Part shown: positions 56,234 to 64,000 of the stretch, piece after piece
Layout of the letters: the number at the start of each line of letters is the position of its first letter
Numbering within the stretch: the stretch's first letter is position 1
Assembly (NCBI GenBank): GCA_025558095.1
Contig: JAIVFI010000001.1
Coordinates: 1,178,001-1,242,000 of the forward strand
Direction of reading: 5' to 3'
Origin: Hyaloraphidium curvatum SAG 235-1
Lineage: Eukaryota; Fungi; Monoblepharomycota
DNA length: 64,000 nt
The notes under the pieces: model-generated
Told to the model about the DNA's origin: nothing
Databases searched by the model: none
The model's input: the letters and a program-made list of their open reading frames with translations, nothing else
Made by a program: the position numbers and the translations under genes

Positions 56234-57478
56234 ATGCGCGCGCCCCTGCTCCGCGCCGCCGCCCCGCTCCGCTCCCGCCTCCCCGCGCGGCGCGCCTTCG
56301 CGACCGCCGTCGACGACTTCTTCCAGCGGATCCGCGCGCAGAAGCCGCAGCAGACCGCCTCCGCTCGGGCGCGCGACGCGGAGCTCCGCGCCGTCGCGGA
56401 CGAAATCATCGCCATGAGCAGGCCGGAGTACCTGCAGCGCTACGGCGACCGCATAAACGAGCGGCTGAAGCAGCTGGGCTTCGAGTCGCTCGAGGACTTT
56501 GAGAGATACACGGAGGGGAAGAGGAAGGAGGAGCAGGCACGGGTGCTGTTGGGGCTGCGGAAGCCCGGAGATAGGGAGGACGTGCTCAAGGTCAAGGAGA
56601 TGGGCGCCGGCGGGGCCTCTGGGCGGCCGAAATCTTCCTCGACCGGAGCAGGTGCGGCGTCGCACTCTGGAGCAGGGGCCCCTGGGCGGGGCGGGGCGGG
56701 AGGCGGCGCGCCGTCGGCGGCCAAGCCGCTGTCGTCGATCGTGCAGCTCGAAAAGTTCGCGCAGCTCGACGCAAAGGCGATCGAGGAGCTGTGGACCGCG
56801 TACCACGCCGACAAGGACTGCCTGAGCGCCGTCGTGCCGGCCGCGACGTACGAGAAGCTGATGAAGAACGGGGGCGAGTTTCCCATGGTGAGTACCGTGT
56901 GCCGATTCGGCAGGGCGGACAAGCGCCTTGCAGGGTCGTTGCCGAGCGCAGAAGTTGCTGACTCTGTCTCTTTCCCACTCATCCAGTTCATTCTCCCCCT
57001 GCCCCGGGACAAGGGCTTCGAATTCTTCCTCCTCCAGTTCCAGCCCCCGCAGCAGATCCTCTTCACCTCCCTGCACGCTTACCAGACCCTCGGTCCGTCA
57101 TGCCGCCCGTATCTCACCCTGACGCTGTACCCGGACCTGTTGGACGCCAAGGGCATTGCGCTGATGCGGGGCGAGGTCGACGCCGAGGTGCTGGGGAAGC
57201 AGATGGGCGTGGAGGAGGCGCGGATGCTCGCCCTGTACATGCAGGCGTACTACGTAGAGGTAGGTCGGGCGCTGGCGGGCCAGCTGCTCTTGCAAGTCTG
57301 ACTGGTTTCCTCCCCACAGCCCAACGAGAGGAAGAAGGAGCTACTGCGGACTTTCCACCAAGAGCCGGCCAAGTTCAACTACCAGGTAAACTTGGAACAT
57401 GACATGCTGCACAAAACCCCAACGTGCTGATCGGTGTTGGCGTAGGACGTGCTGGACGAGATCGAGAAGCTCGTGTGA
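56234..57478 (+). CDS. ATP11: Mitochondrial F1-ATPase assembly chaperone Atp11 (ATPAF1)
   Basis: Mitochondrial presequence; KPLSSIVQLEK, IEELWTAYH, FPM|FILPLPR, LFTSLHAYQ, KGIALMRGEV, LLRTFHQEPAKFNYQDVL. Three introns. Confidence 0.92.
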
Positions 57479-57787
57479 TACCCGGATGTGGTCGGCCCCC
57501 CTGGCGCTGGCAGCGAGATTGCTCATGCATGGTAGAATGGACGTACTGTAGGCTGGATTTGAATGGAAATGAATCAGTTCGCTTGGTGTGCTGCTCTCGT
57601 GACGCGTGGGCAAGGAGGGACGCGGCCGCCCGTGTTCCTCACCAGGCCTTCTGTGAATCGCACCTTATACGCGGAATCCCGGCCCGGAGCCGGCTCATTC
57701 GCGCTCAGTCGCGGGCGCCAGTCACTGGCGGCCGGCCGGCGGTCCTCGGCAGCGAGCCGCGCCCCCTAGGCGACCGCCCGCGGCGCA

Positions 57788-59237
57788 ATGCAGCCCGAGT
57801 TCAACGCCCCGCCGCAACAGCGGCACAAGGAGGTCTATTCACACCGGGCGCCGTGGCCGATCTATTCGCTGCACTGGTCGCAGCGCCCCGGCGTGTTCCG
57901 CCTCGGACTCGGGTCGTGCGTGGAGGAGTATGGCAACAGGCTGCAGGTCGTGCAGCTCCCCGCAAAGGGCGAGCCGCTGGTGCCCGTCGCCTCGGCGGAC
58001 CACCCCTATCCGGCGACGAAGCTCATGTGGACGCCGGCAAAGGGCCAGGCGCCGGAGCTCATGGCCACGACGGGGGATTACCTCCGCATATGGGACTTTC
58101 GGGAACGGACCGACATGGTCGACCCGCCGCCTGATCCGGCGGGGAGGAGGGAGCAGGTGGAGCCTTGCGTGCTGACGATGAAAGCGACGCTGGCAAATAT
58201 TCGGCGGAGTGGTCAATCGGTGGGTAGGGCATTCCGGGGGGGAGGATCCACACCTCCCTGGGAACGCGTCCTTGGGACTGGAACGAAATCACTGCTGGGA
58301 AAATCTGCTCGCGGCGAGTGGCACACGACGCCTGACACTCGCGTTTCAGCAGGGCAAGAAGGACCTGTGTGCGCCACTGACGAGCTTTGACTGGAACGAC
58401 ACCGACCCGTCCATGATCGTGACGAGCAGCATTGACACGACGTGTACCGTCTGGGACATTAACGTGAGCTGAAGCTGTGGCTTTTCGGTTTCAAACCGGG
58501 TTTTGAACCAGATTTTGCCTTACAGGCACAACAAGCAAAGACGCAGCTCATCGCCCACGACAAGGAGGTGTTCGATGTCGCTTTTGCCCGCGGGACCGAC
58601 ATTTTTGCCAGTGTGGGCGCCGACGGCTCTGTGCGGATGTTTGATCTCCGGTAGGGACAGAGAGTGCCGCCTGCTAGACGCGAGATCTGACCGCTTGCCA
58701 CGCAGGTCACTGGAGCACTCCACCATCATGTACGAGACCCCTCCCCTCAGCTATCCCTCCTCCTCGCCCCAGGCGACCTCGAGCGCCGGCGCCCCCGCGG
58801 CGCCGGACAACTCCCCCCTCCTCCGGATATCCTGGAACAAGCAGGACCCCAACTACATCGCCACCTTCCAGATCGACAGCCCGCAGGTCATCATCCTGGA
58901 CATCCGCGTGCCGGCGGTGCCCGTAACGGAGCTCGTGGGCCACGTAGGCTACGTGAACGCGGTGCAGTGGGCGCCGCAGAGCAGCGGGCACATCGTCACC
59001 GCGGGTTCGTGGACCCAGCCTGCCGGGCATGGATCCTTCGCTCATATTCCTCCTACAGGCGACGACGCGCAGGCTCTGGTCTGGGAGATCGTCGCGGCGA
59101 CAAAGGGCAAGCCGATCCACGACCCCATCCTGGCCTACACGGCCGAGTCTGAGATCAACCAGCTGAGCTGGAACGCCTCGCAGCCCGAGTGGATCGCGGT
59201 CGCGTTCGGGGACACGGTACAGGCGTTGAGGGTCTAG
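57788..59237 (+). CDS. WD40 scaffold DCAF7/WDR68/AN11-like
   Basis: [80 protein letters not shown]|[24 protein letters not shown]. Confidence 0.95.
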
Positions 59238-59359
59238 TTTGGCAGGGAGTATGATCTGATACCGTAGATGAAGTGGATATACCGTCTGACGTGGCTGGGA
59301 ATCGTAATGACAAAGAGGCTACATTGCCAGGTATCAAGAAATCAGACCCTCGCTCCGCC

Positions 59360-61080
59360 CTACTTGGACCACGGCAGCCTCGCCGTGCACACGCGCTCCT
59401 TGTGCTCCAGCTTGCGCCTCTCCATCTCCCACTTGGGCCACATCCCGCTGAAGGGGTGCGTGAACCACGACGCGCCAGCGTCACCCCTGATGTCGTAGGC
59501 GACGTCCATGAGCCGGTGCGCGAGCTCCTCGCGGCCGTTGCTGAGGTAGAACTCCGCGAGCGCGTCGAGGGCGTCGATGGCGGCCTCTGCGGGCAAGTGG
59601 CCGTCAGCACCGCGAAAGCCGACGGCTCGGAAGAGATGGCAACTTACCGTAGACGAGCGCCCGGCCGTGCTTCTTACGCGTCGTGTCCGAGCCGCTCTTC
59701 TCCGGGATCTGAAAGCCGATCCCAGGGAGGTGGTCGAGCCAGTGGTCGAACTGGGGCTTGTGCGAGACGGGGATGGCCGATCCCGTCCTGAGGGGTTCTT
59801 CCGCAGCGGGTTCGCGGACAAGGTCGGTGCGGCTGGCGATGAGGAGGGCGGCCATGGCGAGGCGTTCGGGGGAAAAGCGGACGTTGAGTTCGGTGCACTT
59901 GTTCCTGAGCACGAAAAGGCCAGTCAGACGCAAATCGGCACGCGGACCGCGACCGACGCACATTTCGGGTATCGCCATCCAAGCACGCCTTGCCAACTCC
60001 TTGGCACCCGCCTGGTCGACGCACTCTTTCGCTAACCAGAGCGAAATGAGTCGACGCCACAAGCCAAACGGACGATTCAACCAACCAGCAAGATGCTTGG
60101 CGTACTTTATGACAAACTTCTGCGGCTGGTGAGAGTGAAACTCGAAACCGACGACCTCGAGTATTTGCTGCTCGCATTCCTGGAACACGGGCTTCTTCTG
60201 CTCGACCAAGGCCTGGATCTCCTGCTTGGGACAAAATCAGCCCGAATCAGACCACCGCTGTAAAATACTGCTCACAGCTGTGGATTCCTCGCCTGTCGCG
60301 CGGCCCTCGGCACGGTCGAGCCGCAGCAGCTCAGTGATGAGCTCGCGCGACTTTTTCATCGTCTCCTCGGTCTTGGTGGCCAGCAAAAACGCCGTCTGTC
60401 CCACATCCTGTCCATTCGCGTCCTTCAATGGCTGGTCTGCAGTTCGTTGGATTTTGCAGCTCACCGAGGGGATCGCTTTGTAGTCCTGTCCCTGTCGCGG
60501 CGGAAAGGTGGCGTAGAACCGATTGTACAGCAGCTCCGTCGTGTAAATCGTTCGATATGGTCTGTCGCCCGCCAAAATTGAGCTTCGGACCCGAATCCGG
60601 CGAGCCGTCGTAGCCCTACAATCGCATCTTCTTCCCGACGATCCTGAGTTTCCTGTAAATCTCCCAGCGCGTCTGCTTGTCGAACGACCACGCCGTCGAC
60701 AGCTGCCCCGACATGCTCTCCAGTTGGAACCGGTGGTAGTAGTGCCTCGGGTGGTATTCGTCCGAGATCCAAGGGCACCGCAGCATCGAGTGGGCCGGGG
60801 ACGCCGACCCGCCCTCGTCGGGCGAAGTTCCGCCCGAGCGGCGCGAGGAACCGGGCACAGATTTTGACGCCTGACCCGAGATCTTCGGCGTGGGCGTCGC
60901 CTGGCGCGCCGGGGCGCCGGGCTTCGGCACCTCGATCCGCGGCGGCGGCGCGCCCGGGGGGAGCACGGGGCGGAAAATGCCCCGCGCATCCTGCCGCTGC
61001 TCGACGACCTTCGCGCCCGGAAACGGCCCGCCGCTCGGATACGCGCCTCCCCCGGGCGGCGGCGCCGGGTAGGCCGACAT
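59360..61080 (-). CDS. Transcriptional cyclin (cyclin K/T, Ctk2-like)
   Basis: KLRIVGKKMRL|PYRTIYTTELLYNRFY, AFLLATKTEETMKKSRELI, EQQILEVVGFEFHSHQPQKFVIKYAK. Multiple introns. Confidence 0.82.
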
Positions 61081-61146
61081 GCTCGCGAGTCGAGAGACGG
61101 TGAAGGCGTGACTGTGGCAAGGGCGAGCACATTCGAAAGTCGAAAG

Positions 61147-61230
61147 CAAGGTCTCTAAGGCCAAGTCCCATATAAATATATTATCCCATCAGTAAATGTA
61201 TTTATATGGGACCTGGCCTTAGAGACCTTG
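61147..61230. mobile_element. 84-bp MITE (non-autonomous DNA transposon; P-element- or hAT-type)
   Basis: TIRs 61147-61178 and 61199-61230 (CAAGGTCTCTAAGGCCA[A/G]GTCCCATATAAATA, 31/32 match). Flanked by an exact 8-bp direct repeat GTCGAAAG at 61139-61146 and 61231-61238. AT-rich core. Confidence 0.9.
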
Positions 61231-61307
61231 GTCGAAAGAACTGCACGCTACATTGTCCGCCGCTGTGATGGCCTCCTGCATTATTCTTCGAGAGCTCCCT
61301 TTCGACT

Positions 61308-62828
61308 TCATACGGCAGTCGGGGGCTTGCACACCGTCTTGTGCTTCTTCCACGCCGCGATCTGGCAAGCCTCGAACAGTACCAAGCGAGCTTGCAACGT
61401 CCGCACCGCTGAAGCTTGTTGGTTTCCGATCCTGTCCCGCACTCGTCGCAGCGTGCCTGTCCCGCGGCGCCTTCTTTCCGAACACTGGTCAACAGGCGAG
61501 CGAGAGCGGCATCCACGCCACCGAGCTTCTCGAACTCCGGATCGGCCAAGGCGCTGAGGGAGAACATGCGGGACGAGATGCGAATGTCCGTCTTGAACTG
61601 GAGTTTCAAAGCGGAATCAATACGGTAGACCAACGGAGCGAGCATGGCTTCCGCGAGGGTGTGCTCTCCGCGTCCTTGAAGATCAGCGGAACAGTGGCCG
61701 AACAAAGAGATAATCGGGAGGCCCTTCCCCTTTCGATCAGGCTGACGGACGTGAGAGCTCCATTCCGCCTTGTTTTGCATCACGCAGTGGTGGAGCAAAT
61801 TCAGCACTTCCAGGATGTCCGTGGGCAAACCGGTCTCCACCAGTTCCGCGACCGAGCGCGTAAGGCAGAAAGCGCGAGAATAGTCAATCAGCAACGCAAC
61901 GAGCCCGTCCAGCAAATTCAAATCATTCGAGATGCGCTTGCGCGCGGGCTTCGACGCCACCATGGCGTTCAGCAAGGGGACGATCGAGGTTGCGATTCGG
62001 AGAAGAGGATGCTGCATGTACTTCCGCAGAGCCTCTTTGTTGTGCGACGTGGCGTCCAAATGGTCCTTGGCCGGGCGCCCAGCGAAGAGCGGCTCCCACG
62101 CGGTCCCGATCGATGCGCCAGCAGGGAGTCCTAGATTCCGGTACACCGTGGAGCTCATGATTCGGAGCACGAGCTTGCGGAGCGTGGCGTAGCTTTCGGC
62201 CATGAGATCAGAAAGCAGGTCGAGGCCTTCGCGATCAACGTCTTTCGCGAGATCATTGTACTCGTCGGGATCTTCAGGAACGTGACGTGGCGGAAAGGGC
62301 AGCAGGATTTCCGGCCAGATGCTCAACCTTGCCTCGTCCCAGGCCGCCAATCGTTTGCAGAGATCCTTTTCGGAGATAGCCAGAATCATGGTCGACACGA
62401 TTTCGAAGTGGGGGACGAGCTGGTCGAGTTGCGCGAACGCCCCCTTGGCCCACAGGTCCTCGTAGGAGTGCCTCCCGCTGTCTTTCGTCATCTCCACAAA
62501 AAGGCGGTCAACGCCGGCGTCGAGGGACTTTAGGGTGTGAGCGAAGAGCGAAAGCACCGCCGGACGCGCGGACGCCCAGGAGCGCGGGCGCGGGTCGTCG
62601 AAGCCCCGTTCCGCGAAACGAATGTCGCCGGGCTCCGCGCTGGGACAGGAGGCGAGGTGCTTGCGAATGTAGATCGAGTTCATTGCTGTGGCCACAGAAG
62701 CAGGGGAGTCGTGGGGGTCGGTGCACAAATTCATGTCCATGTCCTGTCGCACAAAGCAGGACCAAATCTTCGGGCAAGATCTTCGGGCAAATCCTGCCAT
62801 ACAGATCTTTCTCCTCCCTTTTCGCCAT
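61308..62828 (-). CDS. Helical protein with C-terminal MYND zinc finger; 1-nt frameshift inside the finger (error or pseudogene)
   Basis: CDECG...LQRCGRCKLAWYCS continues in another frame as EACQIAAWKKHKTVCKPPTAV* (stop 61310-61308). Confidence 0.7.
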
Positions 62829-62857
62829 GGCCCAGATCCCTGGCTTACTTTCTCAAT

Positions 62858-64000
62858 TCAGACCCCGTTGGGGCACACAACAACGAGCTCCAAAGGCCCC
62901 GTCCGCGCCGCATGCTCCACGGCTTCCACGGCCTTCTCAAGCGGGTACTTGTGCACGTCAATCAGCGAGAGATCCAGCTGCCCGGAAACAACAAGTGGGG
63001 CCAGATCAGCGATGCTGGTTGCCGGATACATGTACTTCGAATACGAAGTCAGACAGAGCGAGATACAAGAGGCCGTTCGAGAGCCCCTTACGTTGCCAAT
63101 AATGGTCCAGTTATTGATCATGATCTCGCCGTAATGGAACTGTAACGGGCTCGACATGCTGCCTTCCAACACCATCGCTCCTCCCCGCCTGAGCAGCCGC
63201 ATGCACGCGACCGTCGCCTCGCTGCTCGTTGCGTTCCCGACAAGATCAATGACCACGTGCGCGCCCGTGTTGGCATCCGACGGGTCCTTGCCGGCGGCCG
63301 CCGCCAGTTTGTCGCCTTCCGAAGAAGGAATGACCTCGCATCTCCGGCCGAATTTGGTGAGCTTGGCCGAGAGCGTCGCGAGGCTGGTCGGGCTGCGTCC
63401 CGTGGCGATCACCTTTCCCGCCCCCAACGCCAGCGCCACGAGGACCGCGCACGACCCGAAGTAGCCCGTCGAACCGTTCACGATGACCACCTGACCCGCC
63501 CGGATGTTGGCGCGGACGAGGCCATGGTAGGCCAGCGCGAGCGCCGCGTTGGTAGCCCACAGGGCCGGGTCGATTTCCGAGTGGGGGAGGGCAGTGACGC
63601 TGCGGATCGGGGCGACGTGCTGTTGGCGCCAGGTTCCTTCGTTCCATATCTCTTGGACTGTAGCGGGACGTCAACACCTTCTGTCCACTGCAAATGCGAG
63701 CAAGCGATACGTACCCCGTCCGCTTTTCTCTCCAAACCGCGTCAACCCGACCAGTACTTCATCGTAAGTTCCCCCATTCTGCCTAGAACCGATCTGCGGA
63801 TCCACGTCCACCAGTTGCCCCGCGGCGAGGTCGAACACGTCCCCCGACGTCTCCCTGACTTTTCCCACGCAACCTGGGCCGAACGTCGTGGGGAACGGCG
63901 GGAGCAGGTAGCGTGGTAGGTCGCCGACGATGACTTGGCCAGCGTATGTCAACACCGGGGCGTAGAGCACGTCGACTAGCACAGCGCCGGAAGCCGGCAG
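62858..64000 (-). CDS. MDR / zinc-binding alcohol dehydrogenase family (5' end outside the window)
   Basis: FPTTFGPGCVGKV, LAAGQLVDVDP, VIVNGSTGYFGS, ALALGAGKVIATGR, VVIDLVG, LRRGGAMVLEG, YPLEKAVEAVEHA. Introns present. Confidence 0.88.

Noticed and set aside
1-64000. tRNA or rRNA genes
   Set aside because: No cloverleaf with A/B boxes and no rRNA-like sequence recognised by eye in intergenic regions. tRNAscan-SE would be needed to exclude them fully.

Overview
GC-rich eukaryotic DNA, about 65-75% GC in most coding regions (spot counts by eye). It is gene-dense, with many ~45-65 nt GT-AG introns carrying CTGAC/CTAAC-type branch points. Gene content (TSC1, COG7, PFA4-like DHHC, YVC1-like TRP, ATP11, BET2, NOP10) and intron style suggest an early-diverging, chytrid/monoblepharid-like fungus; this is an inference. 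About 32 protein-coding genes can be reconstructed, and most entries in the ORF track are GC-driven shadow ORFs. Highlights: (1) a lower-GC island (~38.2-41.5 kb) with a head-to-head paralog pair, an intact P-loop GTPase and a catalytically dead GTPase fused to an intact CbbX/SpoVK-type AAA+ ATPase, which is a candidate undescribed two-component system; (2) a textbook box H/ACA snoRNA inside the long intron of NOP10, a gene absent from the ORF track; (3) an 84-bp MITE with 32-bp TIRs and an 8-bp TSD upstream of a cyclin gene; (4) a POM121-like transmembrane FG-nucleoporin; (5) a Myb/SANT domain embedded in an Msp1-like AAA ATPase; (6) single-base frameshifts in a G8-domain gene and a MYND gene. 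All family calls are from motif recognition only; no database searches were run.
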